From Patescibacteria group bacterium (lineage in GTDB: Bacteria; Patescibacteriota; Minisyncoccia; Phycocordibacterales; CAIRYW01), in the NCBI GenBank assembly GCA_040389185.1, contig JAZKAJ010000007.1:5127-69126 (forward strand): a stretch of 64,000 nucleotides of DNA, written 5' to 3'. The translations under genes were made by a program, and so were the position numbers. Positions 11,350-22,141 of this stretch are shown here, piece after piece. How positions within the stretch are numbered: the first letter of the stretch is position 1; each line of letters starts with the position of its first letter. The notes beneath the pieces are model-generated. The model had not been told where the DNA came from, searched no databases, and worked only from the letters and a program-made list of their open reading frames with translations.

Positions 11350-12054
11350 TTAAAATTGATTAACAAATCTTAAATCTGCTGTATAAAGTTCTCGAATATC
11401 ATTCAAGCCATATTTCACCGCAAGAAGTCTGTCGATTCCTCCTCCGAATGCAAAGCCTTGCCATTTGGTCGAATCCACTCCTGACGCCTCAAGCACATTT
11501 GGATGGATAAGTCCTGCACCCATCATTTCAAGCCACTTGCCTTTCCACTGCATATCCACTTCCACTCCAGGCTCGACGAATGGGAAAAAGCTCGGACGAA
11601 ACCGTATCTCAGCATCCTCGCCAAAATATTTTTTGAAGAAATGTGTAAGCACACCTTTAAGATCAGCCATCGATACCACCTTGTCTACAAAGAGTCCTTC
11701 AAATTGATGAAACTGCGCTTCATGTGTTGCATCGGTCGCTTCATTTCGGAATACTTTTCCAGGAACAATGATCGCCATTGGAGGCTTGTGTGTTTCCATA
11801 TATCGGATCTGCATCGGAGATGTATGAGTTCGAAGAAGTTTTGCTTCTTCACCTTCTTTTCTTTTTAGCCAAAAAGTATCCTGCATATCTCGTGCCGGAT
11901 GATCAGCAGGAAAATTAAGTGCTTCAAAATTATAATGATCTGTTTCAACTTCAGGTCCTTCAACAATAGAAAAACCAATATCATTGAAAATATCTGAAAT
12001 CTCTTGCACAGCTTGAGTAATGAGATGGTAGTGACCTTTTTGATTTGATTGCAT
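11350..12054 (-). CDS. pheS: Phenylalanine--tRNA ligase alpha subunit (no N-terminal coiled coil)
   Basis: HPARDMQDTF, LLRTHTS, FRPSFFPFVEP, GFAFGGGIDR. Confidence 0.95.
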   Translation of the reverse strand: MQSNQKGHYHLITQAVQEISDIFNDIGFSIVEGPEVETDHYNFEALNFPADHPARDMQDTFWLKRKEGEEAKLLRTHTSPMQIRYMETHKPPMAIIVPGKVFRNEATDATHEAQFHQFEGLFVDKVVSMADLKGVLTHFFKKYFGEDAEIRFRPSFFPFVEPGVEVDMQWKGKWLEMMGAGLIHPNVLEASGVDSTKWQGFAFGGGIDRLLAVKYGLNDIRELYTADLRFVNQF

Positions 12055-12238
12055 CCCGTTCGAAATAGGAAGCGCTTATCGCCTCCCAGTATTATTTAAT
12101 AAATGATAATGATTACTCTCTAGCATATTTTGCTCTGAAACTAAGCGCTTCCGTAGTATATGTGAATTTAAAATGCTTATCGTGCTTTTGCCTTATTGTA
12201 ATATGTAACTCTGGACAACTGCAGGATTTCGAACGGGA
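12054..12238 (-). other. Start-codon-abutting inverted-repeat element, copy 3 (pheS leader)
   Basis: 13 bp perfect IR TCCCGTTCGAAAT/ATTTCGAACGGGA ending on the A of the pheS ATG; TATAAT upstream. Confidence 0.85.
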
Positions 12239-12348
12239 CCAGTAGTTGTTAAATTATAACGAAAAAACAATAAAAAGCCACTCTGCTTTAGTACATCGCA
12301 GCTTTTCGATTTCTCTAAATACTTGAACTTACTCGCTGCAATATTTGA

Positions 12349-15300
12349 TCATTTTATTAATGAATTCAACACTTCCCTCGTCTTTGGTCCAAAGTATCCT
12401 ATAGCAGGAGTAATATTGTATGCTTTTTGAAATTTGATCAGAGCTGCTTTTGTTGCAGGACCAAAATATCTTGTCTCGAATCCAGAAGATCCAGGACCAG
12501 CTACGGCAATAGGAAAATTGTGTGTATTGAGGAAGATCTGGAGATATTTTATATCATCACTTCGTATAGTTCCGAATGGAATGTCTTTAGTGAAGGTAAA
12601 GCCGAGTGTGGTATTGATCGGGGAGGTTCGAACACTTGGAATATTCGGAATTTGAGAAATTGATTTTGAACACGCTTCTCCTGTAAGAATACTGAAATTA
12701 AATCCTTGAAAACATCCTGGAATAGTGGGTTCTGTAGTACGACAAGGAAGACCGGTATTTGTATCAAATCTCTCTCCTCCCAAACAAGTGGGAAGATGAG
12801 GAGGAGTATTATTATTAATTTGAGTTCTTGAAATAGAACTTGCTGAACCACTTGTATTTCTAGTTCCCTCTTGTTCCGGCGCTTGATCTGTTGACTCAGA
12901 TGTAATAGCGAAAGAAGTGAGAGGAAGCGGAGTACTTGTGTTACCAGCATTATCAGTCACAGCAATCGTGCAGTTCAAATATGTTCCGACTGTGAGTGTA
13001 GAGAGAGTGATTGTATTAGAACCTGAAGATACACTTGTCGTCACACTACTACAAGATCCACCATATGTAATTGTACCGGCTTCAGTTGTTGAAAAAGTGT
13101 AGTTTGGGCTAGTGTTTGTTCCAGAAGTGACCGGTGTGATCTCTGCCAGTGACGGTAAAGTAGTGTCGATTGTTATTGAGAGTGCAGGTGATGCACCACT
13201 TTCATTACCCACAGAATCTACTTCAGTGTATGTGATACTATGCACTCCAGGATCTAAGGCAGTACTTGTAATTGTAAAATTATCTGAATTGCATCCGATA
13301 TAATTATTAAATATCCTATCAACATATAGATTCACTTGAATATCAGTACATGTGCCAGTAAATGTTGGTGATGTGTCGTTCGTTACATTATCCGTCGATG
13401 ATGCGCCCGTATCACTTGAAGAATCCAGGTCTGGTGCAGAAGAAGGTGTAGAAGGTGGAGTAGTGTCTACAGTCGCGGTAGTGGTCGCAACATCTGAAAA
13501 GTTACCGATGGTATCATAGGCAAATATTGAGTAGTGATACGTCCCATCAGGTACATTTGCAAGATCCCAAGATGTTCCACTAAGTCCTGTAACTACCGCT
13601 CCACCACTATTTGGATCAGTTACATATCCTACAGTAGTACCAAATACACTTACAGTTGAAAAATCAGAATCTATTGGATTAATCCACGAAAGATGAACAT
13701 TACCTCCTGATGGATTGGCAGTGAAGCTTGTCGACGCACTAGGCGCTGTAGTATCAATAACAATATCATTATTTGCACCAAGACTTCCCGTGGTACCTGG
13801 ATCAGGCAAAGTGAGGTTTGCGTCTATAGATGAAGAGGTACTTTTAATGCTTCCACTGTTTAAATCGAGCGCGGCGTTTGTTGCATAATCAAGGTCAGTC
13901 GAGTTGTCTCCATCTTGTACAGTATATGCAAACACCAAGGTGTCACTGCCAGAGCCTGAAGCATAAGTCGCAACAGCATCTGTTGTATCACTTGTCTCCA
14001 GAGTAAGATGCGGTGTACCCATGACTGTAACCGCCTCTGAAAAATGAACCTGTATTTCTACATTACCACTACTTGCAAACGCTCCTGAATTTGTAGAATC
14101 CACAGAAGTGACAGTTGGAGCTTGTGCCGCATACTGAAAAGTACCTCCGTTTGTCTCCACAAAAGTAGTATTGGAATCGTATGTTGCACCCGATACATCC
14201 ACAACAACACCAGGACCATCAGCAACCACAGTCCACGGATAAGGATCTTGTGTGAAATCTCTTACTGTAGTTATACTAGAAGTATATCTACGAGTAAGTG
14301 GGCCTTCTATAGAACCGCTAATATATGCACTTAAATCACCGTTAAATATAGCACTCGAGTTAAGAGTGCCTCCCCGATTCTGACTTGAATCGTTGAATGT
14401 AGCATCACCGGCTATAGTCCCATTATTGTATGAAGAATCATTAAAGACAGCATACGTTGTAATCATGCCCTCATTATGGGCACTATTATTGAAGGTAGTC
14501 GTAGCAAGCTCTCCACCATTGTACGTAATCCCACCATTACTATTTATATAGCCCCTGTTGAATGTTGCCCCATTCATAGCTTGAATATTTATATCTATAT
14601 ATCTATCATCTAGAGATGGTGAAAAGGTAAAAGTGTTTACTGTCGGAACACCGATTGATGATGTCCATATACCGTCTACAGCAATCACATCATCGGTAGA
14701 ATCTGGCGTGGCAGTAGTAGGTATGATAAAGGAAGAATCAATTCTCCAATTTCCCACATTACCCCAATCATTATTATTGATTGAATTGAAATATTTTCTT
14801 GTACTATTTACAGTCCCGGACGTACCCGCTACACCAGCAGTACCAGTCTGACCAGTTGAACCTACTAAACCGGTTTGCCCATTTGATCCAGAAGCGCCAG
14901 CGGAACCGTCTGCGCCGTTCGTACCGTTGCTACCATTTACACTTCCACAACCATTTTCATCACACCCTGGACTCGAACCACTTCCCCCACTTCCGCCAGA
15001 GCCACCAGAACCAGGACTTCCCGCAACCGCAGTGCCCCCGCCACCTGGCAGACCAGCAACACCGGCTGAACCAGCGGTGCCTGCTGAATATACTATGCTT
15101 CCGAATTGACTCAAGCTATCAATCGATACATTGCCCCCATTACCTCCATTACCTCCATTACCAGCATCACCTCCATTACCTCCATTACCAGCAGTACCAC
15201 CATTACCAGCGTCACCACCAGGACCACCAAGTCCGCCATTGCCACCATCTGTTCCGTTACAATTACAAGAAGGTACATCCGCACTACCACCAGGACCACC

Positions 15301-16134
15301 ATTTCCACCGGTACCTCCGTTACCTCCATTTGCACTCCCCCCATAACCACCACGGCCACCATTGCCGCCATTTGCACCATTACCACCATCTACAGAAATT
15401 ACAGCAAGGGAATGTATATTTGCATTAATTAAAACTATGTGGCCTCCATTGCCCCCATTACCACCATTTGCACCAGCAGATCCAGCTGTACCGTCCCCAG
15501 GACTTCCACCACCTGTACCGGCAGTACCAGCACTTCCACCACCCCCAGCATAAGCAGTAGGACCTCCTGCTCCCGGATCACCATCTATACCTCGATCCCC
15601 GTTTGTACCGTTAGCATCGCTGGTATTTGAACCATCATTGCCACTAGCCCCAGCATATCCATTTCCACCATTTGATTGTAGCTTGTCGTACACCGTCGAA
15701 GTCGCAATCGTGATATCCCCACCATTAGAACCGTCGGGTGAGCCAGCATCACCATTTGCACCATTTGCTGTAAGTCCGCCATGTACAATTGCATTTTGTA
15801 CTCTAAAACTGTAAGCATTATTTCCAGCAAAGCCGCCATTTGCAGAAATACCATCGGGACCACTAATTTGATGGCCTGCACCATCGATTATTACCCCATC
15901 AGATTGAATAGTAATACAAACTCCCGAAGAAGTTATAATATCTTGGGTCAATGTATATGTACCTGGATCAGTAATAGTCTGACAACTAGATATTTCAGTT
16001 GTTAACGGCACCGCCCGGGTCGTTTTTGGAAATAAAAAAACTCCTCCAACAGAAAAAAGAGTAATCGTAAAAATCATGAGAGGTGAAACAAAGCTATATA
16101 CTCGCTTTAACGTTCGTGATTTATAGATGGACAT
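12349..16134 (-). CDS. Large secreted adhesin-like protein: PGRS-like Gly-rich region, Ig/FN3-like domains, C-terminal peptidoglycan-binding domain
   Basis: Signal segment, GGNGGxGG repeats, DTTAP Ig boundaries, LQIFLN...[13 protein letters not shown]...GYFGPKT. Confidence 0.8.
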   Translation of the reverse strand: MSIYKSRTLKRVYSFVSPLMIFTITLFSVGGVFLFPKTTRAVPLTTEISSCQTITDPGTYTLTQDIITSSGVCITIQSDGVIIDGAGHQISGPDGISANGGFAGNNAYSFRVQNAIVHGGLTANGANGDAGSPDGSNGGDITIATSTVYDKLQSNGGNGYAGASGNDGSNTSDANGTNGDRGIDGDPGAGGPTAYAGGGGSAGTAGTGGGSPGDGTAGSAGANGGNGGNGGHIVLINANIHSLAVISVDGGNGANGGNGGRGGYGGSANGGNGGTGGNGGPGGSADVPSCNCNGTDGGNGGLGGPGGDAGNGGTAGNGGNGGDAGNGGNGGNGGNVSIDSLSQFGSIVYSAGTAGSAGVAGLPGGGGTAVAGSPGSGGSGGSGGSGSSPGCDENGCGSVNGSNGTNGADGSAGASGSNGQTGLVGSTGQTGTAGVAGTSGTVNSTRKYFNSINNNDWGNVGNWRIDSSFIIPTTATPDSTDDVIAVDGIWTSSIGVPTVNTFTFSPSLDDRYIDINIQAMNGATFNRGYINSNGGITYNGGELATTTFNNSAHNEGMITTYAVFNDSSYNNGTIAGDATFNDSSQNRGGTLNSSAIFNGDLSAYISGSIEGPLTRRYTSSITTVRDFTQDPYPWTVVADGPGVVVDVSGATYDSNTTFVETNGGTFQYAAQAPTVTSVDSTNSGAFASSGNVEIQVHFSEAVTVMGTPHLTLETSDTTDAVATYASGSGSDTLVFAYTVQDGDNSTDLDYATNAALDLNSGSIKSTSSSIDANLTLPDPGTTGSLGANNDIVIDTTAPSASTSFTANPSGGNVHLSWINPIDSDFSTVSVFGTTVGYVTDPNSGGAVVTGLSGTSWDLANVPDGTYHYSIFAYDTIGNFSDVATTTATVDTTPPSTPSSAPDLDSSSDTGASSTDNVTNDTSPTFTGTCTDIQVNLYVDRIFNNYIGCNSDNFTITSTALDPGVHSITYTEVDSVGNESGASPALSITIDTTLPSLAEITPVTSGTNTSPNYTFSTTEAGTITYGGSCSSVTTSVSSGSNTITLSTLTVGTYLNCTIAVTDNAGNTSTPLPLTSFAITSESTDQAPEQEGTRNTSGSASSISRTQINNNTPPHLPTCLGGERFDTNTGLPCRTTEPTIPGCFQGFNFSILTGEACSKSISQIPNIPSVRTSPINTTLGFTFTKDIPFGTIRSDDIKYLQIFLNTHNFPIAVAGPGSSGFETRYFGPATKAALIKFQKAYNITPAIGYFGPKTREVLNSLIK

Positions 16135-16270
16135 AAGAAATATTATAACTCAAAAAACTTCATTCCGAAACAATAATATAAAAAAATAAACATTTATTTG
16201 CACAAATTCTTCGTGTAACATTCTGTACATAGACCCTTTAAAAAATCCAGAAATGATGTATAATGCTTGG

Positions 16271-17500
16271 ATGCAAACTATTGTGAGCACCCTTGGCACG
16301 ACTGTCATTTTCTTCTCCCTCTATTTTGAGGTGTTTCTTTTGATTTCCCTTTTTGAATCAAAAAAGAAACGAAAAGAGCTCTCAACACTTGAGTATTACT
16401 TTCCACCTGTCACAATTCTGATTCCTATCTGGAATGAAGAAAGTACAATTGTTGATACAGTCGAATCTCTTCTTAATCTCGATTACCCAAAGGACAAACT
16501 TCACATTATGGTCATAGATGATGGAAGTACCGACCGGTCACTTGAAGCCCTTCAAAAATTTAAAGGTCATCCAATCGTTGAGGTCTACTCAAAACCAAAT
16601 GGCGGTAAGTACACAGCACTCAATTTTGGAATTGAAAAAATGAAGACTGATTTCGTCGGATGTCTTGATGCTGACTCATTCGTTGATAAGAATGCACTTA
16701 AAAATATTATGAGACGATTTACGGATCCAGAAGTAATGGCTGTCACCCCTTCAATGATCATTGAAAAGCCATCAAACATCCTCCGCAAAATGCAGAGAGC
16801 AGAATACAGTTACGGCAACTTTATGCGAAAAGCATACGGATCTATTGGCGCAATACATATCACTCCAGGACCATTCTCTTTCTTCCGAAAAGAGGTATTT
16901 CAAAAAATAGGAATGTACAAACACGCACATAATACAGAAGACATGGAGATGGCTATGCGAATGCAAAAGAATCATATGATGATTGTAAACGAACCTGGAG
17001 CCCTCGTGTTTACAGTGGGCCCAGATACAATCAAAAAACTCTACAAACAGCGCGTGAGATGGGTGAGCGGTTTTCTCGGAAACCTCATTGACTACAGGGC
17101 AATGCTTCTCAACAAAAAGCACGGAGACCTCGGACTTATCGTACTTCCCTTTGCAGCATTTCAGATTATAATAACCTTTATCCTTATTGGAATATCTATA
17201 CATAAAACAGGGATGCAAGTATACAAATATATCTACCAGCTAATGACGGTTGGTTTTTCTGCCCCGATATTCGATTTTGGCTGGTTTTTTGTCGATACAA
17301 GTGTATTATCAATATTGACGGTCACCTTGTTCCTTTTTATCATAAGCCTCATTATGTATGGATACAAGACAGTGTATGGTAAATGGCGAATATCTATTGA
17401 AATGTTCTACTTTGTATTTTTATATTCATTTATAGCTCCTTTTTGGCTTATAAAATCGGTATATAATAATATCAAAGGTGTACATGCGCCATGGAGATAA
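16271..17500 (+). CDS. Processive GT2 glycosyltransferase (PgaC/IcaA-like)
   Basis: DDGSTD, DAD, TED and QRVRW motifs, TM helices; TATAAT 6 nt before ATG 16271. Confidence 0.9.
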   Translation: MQTIVSTLGTTVIFFSLYFEVFLLISLFESKKKRKELSTLEYYFPPVTILIPIWNEESTIVDTVESLLNLDYPKDKLHIMVIDDGSTDRSLEALQKFKGHPIVEVYSKPNGGKYTALNFGIEKMKTDFVGCLDADSFVDKNALKNIMRRFTDPEVMAVTPSMIIEKPSNILRKMQRAEYSYGNFMRKAYGSIGAIHITPGPFSFFRKEVFQKIGMYKHAHNTEDMEMAMRMQKNHMMIVNEPGALVFTVGPDTIKKLYKQRVRWVSGFLGNLIDYRAMLLNKKHGDLGLIVLPFAAFQIIITFILIGISIHKTGMQVYKYIYQLMTVGFSAPIFDFGWFFVDTSVLSILTVTLFLFIISLIMYGYKTVYGKWRISIEMFYFVFLYSFIAPFWLIKSVYNNIKGVHAPWR

Positions 17501-17553
17501 GAAACAGTTTATAGTCATTAGTTTATAGTTGATAGAAATTAAATAAAAATACA

Positions 17554-18255
17554 ATGGAAAACAAGAAACAAATAGATTGGAAAAAATACGTCATTACCTT
17601 TTTTATAACTGCGACAATATTCGGGACTGCAATATATGCAAGCAATTTTTTCAATAACAAAAGAATAGACGAGATCAAATCAATCCAGGAATCAATCTCT
17701 ACAAACATCATGTCTTCTGAGACTCAGGTATCCCTCCTTTCAGACTTGGATTGTCAGGATGTTGGCAGCTCAATGCTTTCAACTGAGCTCAATTCTCTTG
17801 CCTCTCGAATCGAATATAGTGAGAAAAATATAAACAACGCCGATGAAGAGGTGCAGCAACTCAAAAAAGCATATTCACTTCTTGAGATCAAAGACTATCT
17901 TCTCATGAAACGACTCTCAACTCGATGTAACAAACAATTCGTCTTTGCTCTCTATTTCTACGCAGATAGCGCTAAATGCCCTGACTGTGATAAGGCAAGT
18001 ACGATACTCACTTACCTTCGAGAAAAATATCCAGAGCTTCGAGTATATTCATTTGATTACAACCTCGACCTTTCTGCACTCAAAACCCTCATTACTATCT
18101 CAAAGATCAAAGATAACCTACCAGCGATCGTAATAGATGGTAAAGCAATAGAATGGCCACAGGATAAGGATAGTTTAGAAAAGATTATCAAAGCCAAGTA
18201 TCCAAAGGATGCGAAGGTAGCGACGACGACTAGTAGTACAAGTACGAAGAAGTAA
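17554..18255 (+). CDS. Membrane-anchored thioredoxin-fold-like protein
   Basis: N-terminal TM, CPDC motif, later LPAIVIDG cis-Pro-like loop. Confidence 0.6.
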   Translation: MENKKQIDWKKYVITFFITATIFGTAIYASNFFNNKRIDEIKSIQESISTNIMSSETQVSLLSDLDCQDVGSSMLSTELNSLASRIEYSEKNINNADEEVQQLKKAYSLLEIKDYLLMKRLSTRCNKQFVFALYFYADSAKCPDCDKASTILTYLREKYPELRVYSFDYNLDLSALKTLITISKIKDNLPAIVIDGKAIEWPQDKDSLEKIIKAKYPKDAKVATTTSSTSTKK

Positions 18256-18265
18256 TTAGCTTAAA

Positions 18266-18895
18266 ATGAAATTACTTCTCACCTCAAAAGAAAAGTTTTT
18301 AATTACAAAAGGATACGATCTACTTGGCATTCCGAAAGATAAACTAAAGATTGGGTATATCACCACAGCCCTGAAAGTTGTTGCTGATACTGAATATCTC
18401 AACTATATGAAAGAATATGAAATCGAAATGAGAAAGAATAATATTTCTTTTGAGGAATTCGATATTGAAGGCAAAAATGAAGAAGAGATACGGGAGTTTT
18501 TTAAAGATAAAAATGTCATTCAAGTCTCTGGAGGAAATCCTTTTTATTTATTAAAGAGTATTAGAGAAAGTGGGTTTGATAAAGTCTTAAAGGATCTATT
18601 GAACGAAGGTCTGATATATGTTGGCAGTAGTGCAGGTTCTTATATAATGTGTCCAACCATTGAAGTTGCTGCATGGAAGGTAGGTAGAAATAATTATGGT
18701 CTCAATGATCTTACGGCACTTGCATATGTACCCTTTCTGCTCAAATGCCATTATACAGATAGTGCAAAAGATACTATTTTAGAAAAGGTAAAGGATCTAA
18801 AATATTCACTTAAAATTTTGCGAGATGATCAGGCTTTTTTGGTTGAAGACGGTAATGTTATGTTTATTGGGGACGGAGAGGAAGTAAAAATATAA
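18266..18895 (+). CDS. Peptidase E (S51) family protein
   Basis: VSGGNPFYLL, YVGSSAGS, CHY. Confidence 0.85.
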   Translation: MKLLLTSKEKFLITKGYDLLGIPKDKLKIGYITTALKVVADTEYLNYMKEYEIEMRKNNISFEEFDIEGKNEEEIREFFKDKNVIQVSGGNPFYLLKSIRESGFDKVLKDLLNEGLIYVGSSAGSYIMCPTIEVAAWKVGRNNYGLNDLTALAYVPFLLKCHYTDSAKDTILEKVKDLKYSLKILRDDQAFLVEDGNVMFIGDGEEVKI

Positions 18896-18903
18896 TAACA
18901 TAT

Positions 18904-20634
18904 TTATCTTTTGACAATAAAATCTCCCAGCACAAGAACATCAAAATTATTGTTTAAAAAAGTTCGTATCGCATCTTCGGGTGTACAAACAATAGGCTCG
19001 TTATCATTAAATGAAGTATTAAGAAGCATAGGCACTCCTGTCATATCTTCAAAACAAGAAATCAAATTATAATATCTTTCGTTCGTTTCTTCTCTTACAG
19101 TTTGAATTCTTGCAGTATGATCAATTTGCTGAATTGCTGGCACAAGAGGAATTTTATCTTCTTTGACTTTAAAAGAAAAAAGCATGAAATCTGTAGAAAT
19201 TGGAATTATTGTCGATGAAATATCAAACCAATCTTTTGCCTTGGTATACAGAACACTCGGCGCAAAGGGCCTAAAAGATTCTCTCTTTTTAATTATCTTA
19301 TTCATCTTTTCTTTCATCTCTATGGTTCGAGGATCTGCAAGCAATGATCTATTACCGAGAGCACGAGGGCCGAATTCCATTGCTCCCTGAAACCATCCAA
19401 CAATCTTTCCTTCAGCTAATAAATGTGCTGTTTCCTGAGCAATATCATCAGATTTTTTATATATTAATTTATTACTATTTATAGCAGTCAAGATTTCTTG
19501 TTCGTTGAAAGTGGGCCCTAAGTAAGCATCGTTCATAATGAACACTCTCTTATTTCCTAAGATATTTGCCCAGACATATATTGCGGCCCCCAATGCTGTG
19601 CCCGCATCGTTTGAAGCGGGTTGTATATATACATCATCAAATAAACCTGTCTCAAGAACAGCTGAATTCATTAGACAATTCAAAGCCACCCCTCCAGATA
19701 AACATAGGTTAGTAGAATTAGTCCGCTTTTTCAAAAACTCAACAAGACCAATCACAATCTCTTCAGTAATTTTTTGTAACGATGCGGCAATATGAACATA
19801 GTCTGTCTTCAAATATTCGTCAGACCACTTTTCAATTTTTTTTAAACCAAACAATTTCTCTAATGGACCAAAATCATCTGACCTGAATTTAAAAATATTA
19901 TTATCGACAGTAAAATCACCCTCTCCAATTTTCACCACTGTCTTAAATTTATCTATATACTTTTGAGGATCACCGTAAGCCGTGAAGCCCATTACCTTAC
20001 CTGCATCATATTCTGAAAATCCCAAAAATTTAGCAATTTTTTCCCAAATAAAGCCAAGTGAGTTTGGATATTCAACTTCACCCACTTTTTCTATTTTATT
20101 ATCTTTCCCATGGCCTAAAAATGCACTATCAAACTCCCCTATACCATCAATTGCAAGAACCGCCGCATCAACAAAAGGTGACACAAGATAGGAACTTGCA
20201 GCATGTGCTAGATGGTGTGGAATCCAGTGTATTTTTTTACTTATATCTACCCCGTAATACTCTGATAATTTGTTAGGGAAATTGTTTAATTTATTAAAAA
20301 ACATTTCCTCACCTTCTTTTGTGCCCCAATCACCAGATTCCTTTTCTTCTACCACATCAATATTTCTTAGACGATCCTTAGGAAAGAAAGATAGAGCAAT
20401 GAAATTCACGTCACTAAATTCTATGCCCGCATATTTTATACAGAAATTTATTGAGTTAACTGGAATGAGATCAGGGTTATCTACTCTAGCCTCCTTCCCA
20501 CGCTTAATACGAGTAAATCTTTCTTCTTCGGCCGCAGCGAGAACTTGACCGTCTTTTATAATACAGGCAGATAACTCATGATAAGCGTGATTAATGCCGA
20601 GAATATAGATTGGTTTATCTGTAACTAATTTCAT
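18904..20634 (-). CDS. Carbamoyltransferase (NodU/CmcH family)
   Basis: EEERFTR, HHLAHA, DGIGE, GGVALNC, EFGPRALGNRS, LLNTSFN. Confidence 0.93.
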   Translation of the reverse strand: MKLVTDKPIYILGINHAYHELSACIIKDGQVLAAAEEERFTRIKRGKEARVDNPDLIPVNSINFCIKYAGIEFSDVNFIALSFFPKDRLRNIDVVEEKESGDWGTKEGEEMFFNKLNNFPNKLSEYYGVDISKKIHWIPHHLAHAASSYLVSPFVDAAVLAIDGIGEFDSAFLGHGKDNKIEKVGEVEYPNSLGFIWEKIAKFLGFSEYDAGKVMGFTAYGDPQKYIDKFKTVVKIGEGDFTVDNNIFKFRSDDFGPLEKLFGLKKIEKWSDEYLKTDYVHIAASLQKITEEIVIGLVEFLKKRTNSTNLCLSGGVALNCLMNSAVLETGLFDDVYIQPASNDAGTALGAAIYVWANILGNKRVFIMNDAYLGPTFNEQEILTAINSNKLIYKKSDDIAQETAHLLAEGKIVGWFQGAMEFGPRALGNRSLLADPRTIEMKEKMNKIIKKRESFRPFAPSVLYTKAKDWFDISSTIIPISTDFMLFSFKVKEDKIPLVPAIQQIDHTARIQTVREETNERYYNLISCFEDMTGVPMLLNTSFNDNEPIVCTPEDAIRTFLNNNFDVLVLGDFIVKR

Positions 20635-20874
20635 ATACTAATTATAACCAATATATTAAAAAGGCAAAATGAAAATGATTCGCCCCCCTACGGGAGCTGT
20701 GCATTTTTTGGGTTTTTACTTCATAAATTCATAAAAAATCTCAAAGGGTCTTGCGGTCAGGTCCCTATCCCGACCTCACCCAGAATCTCTCCTTCGCCTC
20801 TCAACTTGCCGTCGCAAGTTTCGGACTAGGCACCAGCTCGCTTGTTTCTGAAGCTTCAGAAACATAGCTCCGCT

Positions 20875-20923
20875 GTTCGAGTCTGGACGCAAGCAAAACC
20901 ATTTGCTTGCTGAGGCGACTCCA
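20875..20923 (+). repeat. Inverted copy of tRNA-Thr 3' 24 nt interrupted by a 25 nt hairpin
   Basis: GTTCGAGTCTGG[acgcaagc..gcttgct]GAGGCGACTCCA vs tRNA GTTCGAGTCTGGGAGGCGGCTCCA. Confidence 0.8.
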
Positions 20924-20966
20924 TAATAAAATCCCCAATGCATTTCTGCACCGGGGATTTTTCTTA

Positions 20967-21042
20967 TGGAGCCGCCTCCCAGACTCGAACTGGGGACCCT
21001 CACTTTACAAAAGTGTAGCTCTACCAACTGAGCTAAGGCGGC
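20967..21042 (-). tRNA. tRNA-Thr(TGT), CCA encoded
   Basis: Cloverleaf GCCGCCT..GCTC/GAGC..loop TTTGTAA..TTCGAGT..AGGCGGCTCCA. Confidence 0.95.
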
Positions 21043-21136
21043 AAATATTTAATTATTCAAGTTTCAAGTATCCAAGTTTTCAAGGAAATTTTGTCTTTCA
21101 CTTGATTACTTGCCAACTTGTCACTTGTTCACTTCT

Positions 21137-21499
21137 CTATTTCGTCTCTCGATAGTTTTCTATATGCTTCAAAAAAAGCGAGACTGACCCTCTGTTCTTT
21201 GGAATATCTCGACCCTTAACCGCATCAACTATATGAGATATCTTAGGATACACTACTTCCTTCACTTTTTCAAATGTCTTGACTCCCTGCTTCACTGCAA
21301 GGAAAGCCATCACATTCGCTACTTTTTTTGGCATCTCTCGCGCGGACTGACCAGCATCCTTCATCTTCGCTTTCATAGAATGCTCGTGGACATGAGATAT
21401 ATCAATAAATGCACGACCAATCTCAAGCTCTCTTTTTTTATTCCAAAAAAGGAAGATGATTCCTACAAGCGAGACAAAAAAAGTGATTGAAGTGAACAT
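21137..21499 (-). CDS. Hypothetical protein with N-terminal TM
   Basis: ORF co-oriented directly after tsf. Confidence 0.6.
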   Translation of the reverse strand: MFTSITFFVSLVGIIFLFWNKKRELEIGRAFIDISHVHEHSMKAKMKDAGQSAREMPKKVANVMAFLAVKQGVKTFEKVKEVVYPKISHIVDAVKGRDIPKNRGSVSLFLKHIENYRETK

Positions 21500-21507
21500 G
21501 GAGATAT

Positions 21508-22092
21508 TTATGCTTTAGTTGTAAATCGAGCAAACTTACCTATTACTACCTTTTCACCAAACTTTTGAATTGCGTTAGAGATCTTTGTTGCAACAGTCAC
21601 ACTATCATCTTTGATGAAAGGCTGTTCGAGGAGCACCATTTCCTTAAAGTAAGCATTGATCTTTCCTTCAAGGATCTGAGCTTTAAGATTTTCAGGCTTA
21701 CCTTCAAGTTCTTTTTCAAATACTTCCTTGGCCTTTGCTTTGGAATCTTCATTTACATCATCCATACTTTTAAATTCTGGTTTTGTTGCAGCCACCTGCA
21801 TTGCAATGTCATATGCAAGAGCTTTAAATTCTTCATTCTTGGCAACGAAATCCGTCTCACACCAGAGCTCTACCATAGCACCAATCTCACCTGAAGTGTG
21901 AATGTATGCCTGCACAACACCTGCCCCAAGGTCTCTATCTCCCTTCTTTTCAGCGATTTCCGCACCCTTTTTCTTGAGAAGGACGAGAGCCTGCTCCATG
22001 TCCCCTCCGGCATCTTCAAGAGCCTTTTTACATTGCATAATAGAAACACCTGTTTTATCTCTAAGTTCCTTGATTTGTTCTGTAGTGATCAT
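21508..22092 (-). CDS. tsf: Elongation factor Ts (short form)
   Basis: IKELRDKTGVSIMQCKKAL, ELWCETDFVA, LLEQPFIKD. Confidence 0.96.
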   Translation of the reverse strand: MITTEQIKELRDKTGVSIMQCKKALEDAGGDMEQALVLLKKKGAEIAEKKGDRDLGAGVVQAYIHTSGEIGAMVELWCETDFVAKNEEFKALAYDIAMQVAATKPEFKSMDDVNEDSKAKAKEVFEKELEGKPENLKAQILEGKINAYFKEMVLLEQPFIKDDSVTVATKISNAIQKFGEKVVIGKFARFTTKA

Positions 22093-22141
22093 AGTGAAAA
22101 ATAACAAAATAATAATACGGGCCTACTTGAGACCTGTGTGA

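Noticed and set aside
14799-15630. Pro/His/Thr-rich plus-strand ORFs
   Set aside because: Antisense shadows of the Gly-rich repeat
20875-20923. attR scar of an element integrated at tRNA-Thr
   Set aside because: The copy is inverted, only 43 nt away, and no integrase is nearby
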